Positions 44,969 through 54,408 of a stretch of 64,000 bases of DNA are shown piece by piece. Under the pieces are notes generated by a model. It had not been told where the DNA came from. It saw nothing but the letters and a program-made list of their open reading frames with translations, and ran no database searches. The position numbers were made by a program, and so were the translations under genes. How positions within the stretch are numbered: position 1 is the first letter of the stretch; each line of letters begins with the position of its first letter. The stretch covers positions 9,769-73,768 of the forward strand of contig DAIMCS010000003.1 in NCBI GenBank assembly GCA_036726225.1, written 5' to 3'. This DNA is from Patescibacteria group bacterium (GTDB lineage: Bacteria > Patescibacteriota > Doudnabacteria > UBA920).

Positions 44969-45501
44969 TATCCAATAGTCATTTTAACATCACCGTCGTT
45001 GGAACGACCCGGGATGTCTTCTGAAAAAATTTGCATAAGTTCTTTGTGCCAGTCTGGGTTTTCTTCGTAAACCTCAACGCTCACACCCGCTTCTTTTAGC
45101 ATATCCAGCGCCTGCGGATTGCGGTAAACTTTGCCAATTACCACGCGCTTTATGCCGCAGGCAATTACGTATTTTGTGCAGTGAATGCAAGGGCTGTATT
45201 TGGTATACATAGTTGAGCCCTGGGTAGATGTGCCGCCCTGTCTGGCAGCCTGAAGCAGGGAGTTATGTTCGCCGTGAATGGTTCTTACGCAGTGGCCTTC
45301 TTCCAGCATATGGCCGACGTCGTTGCAGTGCGGCAAGCCCGCCGGACTGCCGTTATAACCGGTGGCAATAATTCTGTTGTCCTTTACCAAAACCGAGCCG
45401 GCATACAGTCGGTCACAGGTGCCCCGGGCGGCGATAATTTTGGCAATAGCCATAAAATAGTCGTCCCAGCTGGGCCTAAAATGTTTTCTCTCCTCGGCCA
45501 T
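44968..45501 (-). CDS. dCMP deaminase (zinc-dependent CMP/dCMP deaminase)
   Basis: HGEHNSLLQAA (HxE) and YSPCIHCTKYV (PCxxC). Confidence 0.75.
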   Translation of the reverse strand: MAEERKHFRPSWDDYFMAIAKIIAARGTCDRLYAGSVLVKDNRIIATGYNGSPAGLPHCNDVGHMLEEGHCVRTIHGEHNSLLQAARQGGTSTQGSTMYTKYSPCIHCTKYVIACGIKRVVIGKVYRNPQALDMLKEAGVSVEVYEENPDWHKELMQIFSEDIPGRSNDGDVKMTIG

Positions 45502-45555
45502 TTGTTTCTTTTATAGATAATTTATCTTAAACCATTCTACACCAATTTCTTAAGA

Positions 45556-45584
45556 TTGACAAAAATAAATTTTAAGGCTATACT
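45556..45584 (+). promoter_or_regulatory. promoter: TTGACA, 17-nt spacer, TATACT
   Basis: Consensus -35 and near-consensus -10. Confidence 0.55.
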
Positions 45585-45590
45585 GCTTTT

Positions 45591-45724
45591 ACTATGTTCA
45601 AACCACGCACAATAATTTGCATTATTATTGGAACCCCTTCGTAGCGAAGGCTGGTTTTGGACTTATAAAGTTCACATCCGGACCTTCGCAAACGCGGAGG
45701 TCTTTTTAGTTGGAGGATCATCAG
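45591..45724 (+). promoter_or_regulatory. structured leader of about 135 nt with an intrinsic terminator and an alternative antiterminator (attenuator or riboswitch candidate)
   Basis: Hairpin CAATAAT/ATTATTG. Hairpin CCTTCG-tag-CGAAGG. Terminator GACCTTCGC-aaac-GCGGAGGTC-TTTTT. The CGAAGG at 45644 can alternatively pair with the CCTTCG of the terminator. Confidence 0.45.
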
Positions 45725-46069
45725 ATGAAGACAGCTCTTGCAGCAGTAACGGTTTTGGATGCAGTACAGGAATTGTTCAAAGGTTCCTTTGCGCACTACA
45801 AAATTACCGCAACAAGCCGGGATAATTTTTGCCTTTTGGAAGGCACGGATGAAAGCGCCCTATATGCTCACGGCACTATCCGCGTAAAAGGTGCGGCGGA
45901 CTCCATTATTGAGGTCTTAGTGCTGGGCCGGACCGCAAAGTCCCTGCCTGATTGGGGATTTAGCTTTCAGAAGGCGGTGGTGGCCGAAGAGGACAGTTCG
46001 GTTATAGTGGTAGAACCCTGGCAAACAGGCACCAAATACGTCTTTAAGCAAGTTGAGGGACTCGTGTAA
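45725..46069 (+). CDS. hypothetical protein. The track's TTG start at 45710 is rejected in favour of the ATG at 45725.
   Basis: GGAGG ribosome-binding site 7 nt upstream of the ATG at 45725. MKTALAAVTVLDAV... 114 aa. Confidence 0.5.
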   Translation: MKTALAAVTVLDAVQELFKGSFAHYKITATSRDNFCLLEGTDESALYAHGTIRVKGAADSIIEVLVLGRTAKSLPDWGFSFQKAVVAEEDSSVIVVEPWQTGTKYVFKQVEGLV

Positions 46070-46169
46070 TAGGCAGCGTGCAAGCAGTCAACGGGCCGGT
46101 AAGTCAAGATTTACCGGCCCATTACAAAACAACCAAGCAATAAGCTTGGTTGTTTTGTAATGTTTGTAA

Positions 46170-46853
46170 TTAAACTTTCACTTTTATTCCGGGACCCATT
46201 GTCGCGTTAATGCTGACGCCGGAAATAAATTGTCCTTTTACTGTGGATGGTTTGCTTTCGGTTACGGACCGGTAAAATGCTTTTAGGTTTTCCAGGAGTT
46301 GTTTGGAATCAAAATTGCTTTTGCCGATTATTTGGTGGACGTTGCCGGAATCATCATTTTTAAAGTTTACTTTACCGCCTGCAATTTCTTTAATAGTTTT
46401 GCCGATTTCAGTACTAACTGTGCCGGTCTTGGGGTTAGGCATAAGGCCACGGGTTCCCAAAATTTTTGCAATTTGGGCAAGTTTAGGCATAAGTGCCGGT
46501 TCTGCAACGGCCACGTCAAAGTCGGTTTTTTCGGTTTCTTTAATTTGTTTAATAAGTTCTTCTCCGCCAATTATGGTAGCGCCTGCTTCTTTGGCTTCTT
46601 TTTCCTTGGCCTCGGTTACAAAGGCGGCAACTTTTTTGCTTTTACCTGTGCCGTGGGGAAGGCTTACGGTGCCGCGAACTGCCTGGTCGGTTTTTTTGGC
46701 GTCAATTAAAGTGCGGATATGCACTTCAACAGAACCGACAAATTTGGTGTTGGCGGTTTTTTTAGCAAGCTCAATAGCTTCTTCGGCTGTGTAGACTTTA
46801 TTTACGTCCACTTGCTCATTATTTGCTTTTACTCTCTTGGCAATTTTTGACAT
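46170..46853 (-). CDS. rplA: 50S ribosomal protein L1
   Basis: 227 aa; L1 family. Confidence 0.85.
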   Translation of the reverse strand: MSKIAKRVKANNEQVDVNKVYTAEEAIELAKKTANTKFVGSVEVHIRTLIDAKKTDQAVRGTVSLPHGTGKSKKVAAFVTEAKEKEAKEAGATIIGGEELIKQIKETEKTDFDVAVAEPALMPKLAQIAKILGTRGLMPNPKTGTVSTEIGKTIKEIAGGKVNFKNDDSGNVHQIIGKSNFDSKQLLENLKAFYRSVTESKPSTVKGQFISGVSINATMGPGIKVKV

Positions 46854-47007
46854 AAATTTTCTCCTTCGTGGTACAAACCCTATCTGTCATCCCGACCGAT
46901 CCGCCGAAGGCGGAGAGCGGAGGGATCCCTTAATTTAAGAGATTCCTCGGCTTTGGCCTATTGGCCTGGCTCGGAATGACACAAACAGGTCCCACAAAAT
47001 TAATAAA
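46854..47007 (-). promoter_or_regulatory. rplK-rplA intergenic leader, possible L1 autoregulatory site
   Basis: On the coding strand: GGGAUCCC, a CCGCC-UUCG-GCGG tetraloop hairpin and GGGAUGACAGAUAGGG, followed by an AAGGAG ribosome-binding site. Confidence 0.3.
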
Positions 47008-47430
47008 TTAATCTATAACTTCTACACCCATGCTTCTGGCAGTGCCGCGGATAATCTTTTCTGCGGCTGCTAAGTCGTTGGCGTTTAGGTCTACCATCTT
47101 TTTTTCCGCAATTTCCTTAATTTGCTTGGCCGAAATTTTGCCCACCTTTGTGGTAAGCGGGTTAGCGCTGCCTTTTTGCAGGCCAATGGCCTTCATAATT
47201 AAGTTAGAGGCAGGAGGGGTTTTTAAAATAAAGGAAAAAGAACGATCTTCATAAATCGTCATATCCACCGGAATTGTCATATCCCCGCCCGCGGTTTTAT
47301 CGTTAAATTCCTTAACGAAAGCGGCAATGTTAATGCCGTGGGGACCCAGTGCGGTACCTACCGGAGGCGCCGGGGTTGCTTTTCCGGCCGGCAGCTGGAG
47401 TTTTAACTGAATTTTAACTTTCTTAGCCAT
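47008..47430 (-). CDS. rplK: 50S ribosomal protein L11
   Basis: [38 protein letters not shown]. Confidence 0.9.
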   Translation of the reverse strand: MAKKVKIQLKLQLPAGKATPAPPVGTALGPHGINIAAFVKEFNDKTAGGDMTIPVDMTIYEDRSFSFILKTPPASNLIMKAIGLQKGSANPLTTKVGKISAKQIKEIAEKKMVDLNANDLAAAEKIIRGTARSMGVEVID

Positions 47431-47540
47431 TGTAATTTGATGGTAACCGCTGTTGTTGCAATTACTTGCATTAACGTTTTAGTGCGGCCTTCGATCACAC
47501 GACGTATCGGTGACCAACCATCCTTTCGATTAATAAAATT

Positions 47541-47768
47541 TTATTCCTTAGCTTCCTTAGAAAGCTTTAACAACCTTTCAAAAAATTTTGGATTTGATTC
47601 TTTAAATGCCGGACTTTCTGTTCTAAAAAATTCTCTTAATTGCTCATCTGTGAGGCCGTGTGCTTCGACTCCCAAGTCAGTTAAAGCCTTGTCAAACCTT
47701 TGAATGCCTTTATTTTCTCTTATATCAGATGCTTGTTCAGCAGCTGATCGGGGTGTTTCGATAGACAT
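47541..47768 (-). CDS. hypothetical small acidic protein lying between nusG and rplK
   Basis: 75-aa ORF with no known motif. Confidence 0.4.
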   Translation of the reverse strand: MSIETPRSAAEQASDIRENKGIQRFDKALTDLGVEAHGLTDEQLREFFRTESPAFKESNPKFFERLLKLSKEAKE

Positions 47769-47801
47769 ATAATTATTTTATTAATTCTTTGTACAAATAA
47801 A

Positions 47802-48347
47802 TTATATTTTCTTAACTTGTAAAAAGTCTAACTCAACCGGAGTTTCGCGGCCGAAAATGGTAACCATAACTTTTACTTTGCCGTGAGCTTCGTCTAAGCT
47901 GCCGACTTTGCCTTCGTAGTCTTTAAACGGGCCGTCCATAATTTTTACTAAATCTCCCGGAGCAAATTCAATTTTATATTTTGGCTCGTCTGCGCCCATT
48001 CTCTTTTTCAAATAGTTGAGCTCTTCTTCTGCAATTGGCGTGGGAATTGTACCGCTGCCTACAAAACCGGTAACGTTGGGGGTATTTCTGACTACGTACC
48101 AGGAATCGTCTGTCACTATCATATCCACCAAAACATAACCGGGGAAGATTTTTTCTTCCACAGTCGTGCGCTTGCCTTCTTTAATCTTAATCTTTTTTTC
48201 CTTGGGCACTATGCAGTCAAAAATTTTGTCCTGCATATCCATAGACTCAATACGCTGCTTTAGGTTAAAAGCAACGCTGTCTTCATAGCCCGAATAAGTG
48301 TGGAGTACGTACCAATGACGTTCACCTGTTACTTGTTGTCTGCTCAT
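47802..48347 (-). CDS. nusG: transcription termination/antitermination factor NusG
   Basis: NGN domain HWYVLHTYSGYE and KOW motif GDLVKIMDGPFKDYEGKV. Confidence 0.85.
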   Translation of the reverse strand: MSRQQVTGERHWYVLHTYSGYEDSVAFNLKQRIESMDMQDKIFDCIVPKEKKIKIKEGKRTTVEEKIFPGYVLVDMIVTDDSWYVVRNTPNVTGFVGSGTIPTPIAEEELNYLKKRMGADEPKYKIEFAPGDLVKIMDGPFKDYEGKVGSLDEAHGKVKVMVTIFGRETPVELDFLQVKKI

Positions 48348-48351
48348 AGGT

Positions 48352-48525
48352 TTACTTTAATACTGCTTCAAAAACTTTTAGAAGTCCGTAGTCAAAAGCG
48401 CCTAAAACAAAAGCCACTACCACGCTAAAAATAATTACCGTAAGGGTATATTTAACGGTTTCGGCTCTGGTCGGCCAAACTACTTTGGCTAATTCGCTTT
48501 TAACTTCGCCTAAGAATTTAAACAT
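48352..48525 (-). CDS. secE: preprotein translocase subunit SecE (57 aa, below the ORF-track cutoff)
   Basis: MFKFLGEVKSELAKVVWPTRAETVKYTLTVIIFSVVVAFVLGAFDYGLLKVFEAVLK. Single TM segment. Located immediately upstream of nusG. Confidence 0.75.
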   Translation of the reverse strand: MFKFLGEVKSELAKVVWPTRAETVKYTLTVIIFSVVVAFVLGAFDYGLLKVFEAVLK

Positions 48526-48654
48526 AAGGCAATTGAAAGGGTCCTTTGGGCCGAATAAATCCGCCTACAGGACAATTATTTAAGCTTTTTTAAAAGGCCT
48601 CGGAGGCCTTTATGAATATATAATACTAAAAGTCTATTTATTTGTCAAACCGCC

Positions 48655-49041
48655 TTAAGGCAGCAGCATTTTAACTTTAGCCATTACTTCGTTTAGGTTC
48701 GTGTTGGCCTTTACAAAGTATTCTTCAATTTTAAGGGCCTGGGCCTTCAAAATATCCTTATTGCTCCACAAGTTGCTTAAAACCACAACTTTACATGTCT
48801 GGATTTCTTCTTCTTTAGCCGCCCTAATTTTTTCCAAAACTTTAAAGCCGTCCAGTTTTGGCAAAAGCAAATCGAGCAAAATTAAATGAGGCCTGTTTTC
48901 AAAAATTTGTTTAACCGCCTCTTCCCCGTCGGCTGCTTTAAGTACCATATAAGTTCGGGTTGTTTCCAGGCGGTCGACTAAGACATTAAGCAGTGCCCCG
49001 TCATCCTCCACAACTAAAATTTTCTTTTTTACATTTCCCAT
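48655..49041 (-). CDS. stand-alone response-regulator receiver (REC) domain protein
   Basis: KILVVEDD...HLILLDLLLPKLDG...VVVLSN. No output domain. Confidence 0.7.
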   Translation of the reverse strand: MGNVKKKILVVEDDGALLNVLVDRLETTRTYMVLKAADGEEAVKQIFENRPHLILLDLLLPKLDGFKVLEKIRAAKEEEIQTCKVVVLSNLWSNKDILKAQALKIEEYFVKANTNLNEVMAKVKMLLP

Positions 49042-49082
49042 ATTTAGAAATATATTAGCATATTTACAAGGCGGTGTGCAAA

Positions 49083-49985
49083 TTATTTAATATGAAAGGT
49101 GGAATTGACAACCCCGCTTTTCCCCACCTTAACCGGCAGGGCGGCCAAAAGCTTTTTTTCTTTTTCTTTTCTTGCGTCAAAAATCATTAACAAATATTTG
49201 CCCCGGCCCGCGCGCAGCAAAAATTTGCCGTCCTCGCGCACCTGGCATTTGCCAAAGGTAATTTCCGGGAACTTGGAATTATGCAGCTCTAAAAGCAGCC
49301 CGGCAGTTAAAAGGCTCCTGTTTGAGGAGATTATTTTTCCAAAAAGGCGGGGCCCGCTAATAATTATGGACAGTAAAATTATGCTTATGTAGGCAATTAC
49401 TATTGCCCAAAAATAGCGGGGAATGTCCGGATAGCTGCGCCAAATAGCAATACCTAAAAATATAAAGCCAAACCAAAAAGCTGTGGCAACAAGCCTTTTT
49501 AGCAATAGTTTTAAAAAGGGATATTTTTTATAAATTTGTGATTTAGCCTGTTGGTTCCAGTCGTCCTGTGTTGGGTCCATGGGTATGTTGGGCGCAACCA
49601 CTTCAGAGTCCCCTGTAAGTTCGAAAAATTCCCCGTGGTACAGGTTTTCGTAAATCCCGTCACTTGAGCCGGTTATTCTGGTTGAAGGGAAGGTGTAGTT
49701 GGCTTTGCGCGCAAAAATTTTAAAGCTGCCCGGATGCGCCAAAAATCCATAGCCCCCGTTTAGGTCAGTAACGCAGGTTTCCGCTTCCCGGCCGTCAGCG
49801 TAAATTAGTTTAACTATTACCGGGTCCAGCGGCTGCTTGCTTACCGAGTCGTAAACTACGCCCCAAAATTGAGAAGTGTTCTTTAAGCTCAAAAAACTAA
49901 AGAGGCTGTTGATTATAGATTCCAGCAAAACCGCTAAATCGCGGGGCGCGGATTTTTTTAATTTGTATGGGGTGGTTTGCTCCAT
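49083..49985 (-). CDS. membrane protein with a CarboxypepD_reg-like beta-sandwich domain
   Basis: WGVVYDSVSKQPLDPVIVKLIYADGREAETCVTDLNGGYGF, plus two transmembrane helices. Confidence 0.45.
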   Translation of the reverse strand: MEQTTPYKLKKSAPRDLAVLLESIINSLFSFLSLKNTSQFWGVVYDSVSKQPLDPVIVKLIYADGREAETCVTDLNGGYGFLAHPGSFKIFARKANYTFPSTRITGSSDGIYENLYHGEFFELTGDSEVVAPNIPMDPTQDDWNQQAKSQIYKKYPFLKLLLKRLVATAFWFGFIFLGIAIWRSYPDIPRYFWAIVIAYISIILLSIIISGPRLFGKIISSNRSLLTAGLLLELHNSKFPEITFGKCQVREDGKFLLRAGRGKYLLMIFDARKEKEKKLLAALPVKVGKSGVVNSTFHIK

Positions 49986-49988
49986 AAT

Positions 49989-50816
49989 TTATTTTTTTCT
50001 TTTTGCGACCGTCAGCACATTTTTTAAAAGCATGGCAACGGTAAGCGGCCCCACTCCTCCGGGCACCGGAGATATGTGTGAAGCAACGTCTTTTACTGAC
50101 TCAAAGTCCACGTCCCCGACAATGCCGCCTCCGGACTCCGAGGTCCCGGCATCTATAATTACGGAGCCGGTCTTTATTTTATTGCCTGTGACCAGTTTTG
50201 CCTTGCCAACTGCCGAAACTATTACGTCGGCTTTCTTCATTAAATCCGCAACGTTTTCTGTTTTACTCCTGGCTACTTCTACCTTGGCCCCTTTTTGGGC
50301 GAGCAGGAAACTTACCGGCCTGCCCACCAGTTGCCCAAAGCCAATAACTAAAAATTGTTTTGCTTTATAATCTGCCACGGACCGTTCCAACAGTTCCATA
50401 ACCGCGGCGGCTGTGGGAAATTCCACGTAAGCTTTGCCCTGGTAAAAAAGTTCGCTATTTATTTTGCCTGTACAGTCGACATCTATGGTCGGTTCAATAG
50501 CGTCCAGGATTGCTTGTTTGTCTAAGCTTGCCGGTAAAGGGAGCTGAACAATAAGCCCGCACATATTCGGCTCTTTATTTATTTTTTTTATTTCCTCAAT
50601 AAGCTCCTGTGTGGTAATGTTGCTTCTAAAATTTGCGCTACGGAATTTATAACCCACCCTTTCGGCGGCTTTAGCTTTCATTTTTACATATTGCGCGGAA
50701 GCCCCGTCATCCCCTACCAAAATGTCGCAAAAAACCGGCACAAATGTGAGTTTTAAAACAGCTTTTTTTATTTCCTCTTCAATTTGTGCAGCAATTTTCC
50801 TGCCGTCTAAAATCAT
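49989..50816 (-). CDS. folD: bifunctional methylenetetrahydrofolate dehydrogenase/cyclohydrolase
   Basis: MILDGRKIAAQIEEEIK and VGRPV..LL motifs. 275 aa. Confidence 0.85.
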   Translation of the reverse strand: MILDGRKIAAQIEEEIKKAVLKLTFVPVFCDILVGDDGASAQYVKMKAKAAERVGYKFRSANFRSNITTQELIEEIKKINKEPNMCGLIVQLPLPASLDKQAILDAIEPTIDVDCTGKINSELFYQGKAYVEFPTAAAVMELLERSVADYKAKQFLVIGFGQLVGRPVSFLLAQKGAKVEVARSKTENVADLMKKADVIVSAVGKAKLVTGNKIKTGSVIIDAGTSESGGGIVGDVDFESVKDVASHISPVPGGVGPLTVAMLLKNVLTVAKRKK

Positions 50817-50917
50817 GAGGTAAGTTTAACAAAAAATGATTATTTGGGCTAATGGGCAAAAAGAAAAGGCACAACTTGCGGGGGTCCGCTTGTTGTGCCT
50901 TTTTTGCTTGAGGAAAC

Positions 50918-51661
50918 TTAATATTTCCTCGGCCTCTGAACGTCTGACAAACGTTGATTGACGTTGATCGATGTTGACGAAAACTGCGCCGCAAGGTTCT
51001 GAAAAATTTTCAGAACCTTTTCCGGGTTAGCTGTCTGTGTATGCACCGAATTCGCCATCTTTTCCGTCTGCGACTGTACATTGGCTAATGTATGGCTCGA
51101 CCGGCTTAAAACATTTATGCCGGCGTATCTGTCGTTTTGCTCTTTTTGGACTCTCGCTTGCTCAGCCTCGTACGCGACATGGCGCGATCCGTTGGAGACA
51201 TCCCGCAAAACCTGTTTGTTGGTTCTGTCTGCGGCGATCCCGGCACCGATGCCCGCGATCTTGCTAGTTGTCTCCGTAATACTTGGACGGTATGAATCTT
51301 CGTTCTTCACCGGCAAGTCTTCGGAGAGTTTCTGTTGCAGTGCCGCTACGGAGTCTTGGATGATTGCGACTTGCGAGTTAAGCAAGTTTACATCCAAATC
51401 TGTGACCGTATGCGGGTTACGCCCATCTCTTTTCAGGATGGTCGAATTGACGAAACTGTTGAGCATGCTCATATTACGATCGATGAATGTGCACAGGCTA
51501 TTTACCGCGCTGGTGAATTCCTGTGCTTTCATGCTGTCGATCTGAGCCTTGGCCCGTTCCTGGTTGCCGATAATCTCAGCAGCCGTGTATGTTCCGTATT
51601 GGGCGAAAGTTGCTGAAGTAAATACCAAAACGAACGTTAATGACATAGCTATACGTTTCAT
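50918..51661 (-). CDS. secreted hypothetical protein with a signal peptide, GC-elevated and atypical in codon use
   Basis: GGGAGGA ribosome-binding site. MKRIAMSLTFVLVFTSATFAQ. About 48-50% GC with CGT/CCG-rich codons unlike its neighbours. Terminator at 50866..50905. Confidence 0.55.
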   Translation of the reverse strand: MKRIAMSLTFVLVFTSATFAQYGTYTAAEIIGNQERAKAQIDSMKAQEFTSAVNSLCTFIDRNMSMLNSFVNSTILKRDGRNPHTVTDLDVNLLNSQVAIIQDSVAALQQKLSEDLPVKNEDSYRPSITETTSKIAGIGAGIAADRTNKQVLRDVSNGSRHVAYEAEQARVQKEQNDRYAGINVLSRSSHTLANVQSQTEKMANSVHTQTANPEKVLKIFQNLAAQFSSTSINVNQRLSDVQRPRKY

Positions 51662-51823
51662 TTTATCCTCCCGATTCGAATTTTTGTGCCCCCAAATGGG
51701 CGAAAACTAGCCGGGGAAAATCCCCAGCTTTCTAATATAATTATAGCATAAAAATACCGCTTTTGTCAAGAAAAGCGGTATTTTAAAATTTGTCTTATTT
51801 AAAGACTAAAATGGGAAGATTAC

Positions 51824-53776
51824 CTATTTCCCATACCTATTTTCAGCCCACCATTGCAGCGCATCTTTTGCTACCGGCACGGCTACCGAGTGACCCTCTC
51901 CCCCGGCTTCAACTAACACTGTAATTACAATTTGCGGGTCTTCAAACGGAGCATAAGCAGTAAACCAAGCATGGGTACGTTTAGGGTCGCTGCCGTCAAA
52001 CTGCGAAGTTCCGGTTTTGCCGGCCGAAGTAATTGGTAAATCCATAAGCTGAATGCCGCTACCGGAGATTACTGTTTCGCGCATTGCCTTTTGCACAATT
52101 TTTAAATTCTCATCTTTAGCAAATTTTTCTACGGAAATTTTCGGCTCGGTTTGGATCAATGCCCTGCCGTCTTTGTCTAAGACTTGGCCCAAAACTCTGG
52201 GCACAAAACCGGTGCCGTTGTTGGCAATAATTGCCGTCCACTGTGTTACCTGCAGCGGGGTTGCCAGCATATCCCCCTGGCCAATGCCCACGTGATAGGT
52301 GTCCCCCAAATACCATTTGCTTAAAATTGCGTCGGACTTAAAATATTCAGCTTTCCAGTCAGGGTCAGCCACCAGCCCCGGCTTTTCCCCCGGAACATCT
52401 ATGCCCGTAGTTTTGCCTAAATTAAATTTTCTGTAATATTCTGCCAACTTTTCTGCGCCCAATCCGTTTGGCACCGCAGTATTAGGGTAACCGCCGGCTA
52501 CGGTGTAAAAATAAATGTCGCTGCTTTTGGCCACCGCGGAGTAAATGTTCATAGGGCCCAGGCCCGCGTGGTTCCATCCAAAAAAATTATAATTAATGGA
52601 CGGGTCGTATTGGTTTGGGATGACCAAAACACCCCGGTCGTTAATTATTGTGCTTTCGGTAACAATCCCCTCCTCCAAAGCCGCCAGCGCGACCATAGGT
52701 TTAACTGTTGATCCCGGAGGGTAGGTCCCGGCTAGGCTCCTGTTAAACAGCGGAAGATTTTTGTCATTTATTAAGGCATTGTATTCTTCGGTTTTCATTC
52801 CTCTGGCAAACATATTGTTGTCAAACCCGGGTAAACTGACCAAAGCCAGCACTTCACCGTTTTTTGGGTTAAGCGCCACAGCCGCAGCTTTAGGGCTTCT
52901 GCCGGCTTTTAAGCCGTTGTAAAGTTTTTCCTGAAGTTCTTTGTCTATGTTTAACTTTATGACATTGCCCGCAATTGGGTTTTTTATGCCCAACACGTCC
53001 AACAGCCTGCCGGTGGCATCTACCTCTACCATGCTCCTGCCGTTTTCCCCGTGCAGGTAGTCTTCGTAAGCCGCTTCAATGCCGGATTTGCCGGTAAAGT
53101 CTACGTTGTCATATTTGTCAGGGTCCAAAGTTTTGAGGTCTTCCTGGCTGGTTAACCCAGTATAACCTAAAACGTGGGAGAACATTTGCGGACTGGGGTA
53201 GTCTCTTACCGGAATTTGCTGCACCGAAAAACCCACAAATTCGTTGGAGCGGGTTTCAAATAAAATTGCTTCCTCGTTGCTTATATTCTGCTTGGCCACA
53301 ATTGGCAAAATTGAATTTGTAGCCGTAGATTTTAACTTTAAGAGTAAGGGCTCCTGCTCGAAGCTAAAAGTTTGCGCAGCTTTTCCGACCTCGGTCCTAA
53401 GGTCGGCCTCATTTTTTGGTAAGTCAAAAGGAATGGCCACCAAATTAAAGCTGGCCGCGTTTTGGGCAAGAGTTTGGCCGTTTCTGTCTAAAATGAGTCC
53501 CCTGGGCGCTAGCAAACTTTGGCTCCTTATGCGGTTTGAGTCGGAGAGTTCCCTAAAAATACTGCCCTGCACAATTTGCAAATAAAAAACCCTGCCGGCC
53601 AAAATTAAAAAAATGCAGGCAAGGGTAAGCCTAATCCAGCTCAAATCAGCGGTTTGCCGGCCGGCGTCGTGGGTCTCTTCTACCTCGCTTTTAGAATCCA
53701 GCGCAGACTCCTCCCAATCCAGGGTTTTGCCCCGTTTGGTTTTACTGAAACTGGTTTTTATTTCAAAAGGATTCAT
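51824..53776 (-). CDS. mrdA: penicillin-binding protein 2 (elongasome transpeptidase)
   Basis: STVKP, SSD (SxN) and KTGTSQ (KTG) motifs. Adjacent to mreBCD. Confidence 0.85.
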   Translation of the reverse strand: MNPFEIKTSFSKTKRGKTLDWEESALDSKSEVEETHDAGRQTADLSWIRLTLACIFLILAGRVFYLQIVQGSIFRELSDSNRIRSQSLLAPRGLILDRNGQTLAQNAASFNLVAIPFDLPKNEADLRTEVGKAAQTFSFEQEPLLLKLKSTATNSILPIVAKQNISNEEAILFETRSNEFVGFSVQQIPVRDYPSPQMFSHVLGYTGLTSQEDLKTLDPDKYDNVDFTGKSGIEAAYEDYLHGENGRSMVEVDATGRLLDVLGIKNPIAGNVIKLNIDKELQEKLYNGLKAGRSPKAAAVALNPKNGEVLALVSLPGFDNNMFARGMKTEEYNALINDKNLPLFNRSLAGTYPPGSTVKPMVALAALEEGIVTESTIINDRGVLVIPNQYDPSINYNFFGWNHAGLGPMNIYSAVAKSSDIYFYTVAGGYPNTAVPNGLGAEKLAEYYRKFNLGKTTGIDVPGEKPGLVADPDWKAEYFKSDAILSKWYLGDTYHVGIGQGDMLATPLQVTQWTAIIANNGTGFVPRVLGQVLDKDGRALIQTEPKISVEKFAKDENLKIVQKAMRETVISGSGIQLMDLPITSAGKTGTSQFDGSDPKRTHAWFTAYAPFEDPQIVITVLVEAGGEGHSVAVPVAKDALQWWAENRYGK

Positions 53777-53871
53777 AAGTTAATTTAAAAGATTGATCAT
53801 GACTGACCAAGATTGACATGATTGTCAGAAATCTTGCTCAATCTTATTTAATCTTACTTAATCATGGTCAA

Positions 53872-54408
53872 TTATTTAATCACTCCCCTGCTCCTTGCTT
53901 CGTAGTTATCCAGGCTGTGCCTTAGGAAATCGTAAAATAAATACATTGGGTATAAAAGCAAAAGATTATAAATGAGGCCGGGTAAAAAGTTGCTCATAAA
54001 AATTTTTAAACTTACATAGCTTGGGTTTAAATTAAATTTTAGGGCTGCAAGCCCCCACAGCCAGACAATTAAGTTCAGCCCCAGCCAGGAAAAAATTGTT
54101 GCCAGGGCTAGATTTTTAAAATTAAGCTCAATTACAAAAATGTAATTTGAAAAAAGGTAAGTGACTAAGGCAATGAGCAGCAAAGCCAGGGTGTGGCCGC
54201 CAAAGAAAGCCGGTGAGTAAAAGTCTAAAAATAAACCGCATAAAAAAGCAACAAATAAAAAATCAAACTCTTTTTTTGCCAAAGCGCTGCACAAAACAAA
54301 AAGAAACAGCAGGTTGGGAATTTGCCCCCAAATTGGAAGTAGCCCAAAAAGACCGAGGTTTGCCACAAGCAAAAACACAATGCAAATAAAATGAACGGCG
54401 TATCTCAT
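53872..54408 (-). CDS. mreD: rod shape-determining protein MreD
   Basis: Polytopic 178-aa membrane protein downstream of mreC. Confidence 0.6.
   Translation of the reverse strand: MRYAVHFICIVFLLVANLGLFGLLPIWGQIPNLLFLFVLCSALAKKEFDFLFVAFLCGLFLDFYSPAFFGGHTLALLLIALVTYLFSNYIFVIELNFKNLALATIFSWLGLNLIVWLWGLAALKFNLNPSYVSLKIFMSNFLPGLIYNLLLLYPMYLFYDFLRHSLDNYEARSRGVIK

Noticed and set aside
45710-45724. TTG start (MEDHQ) for the 45725 gene
   Set aside because: GGAGG lies 7 nt upstream of the ATG at 45725. The TTG would sit inside the ribosome-binding site.
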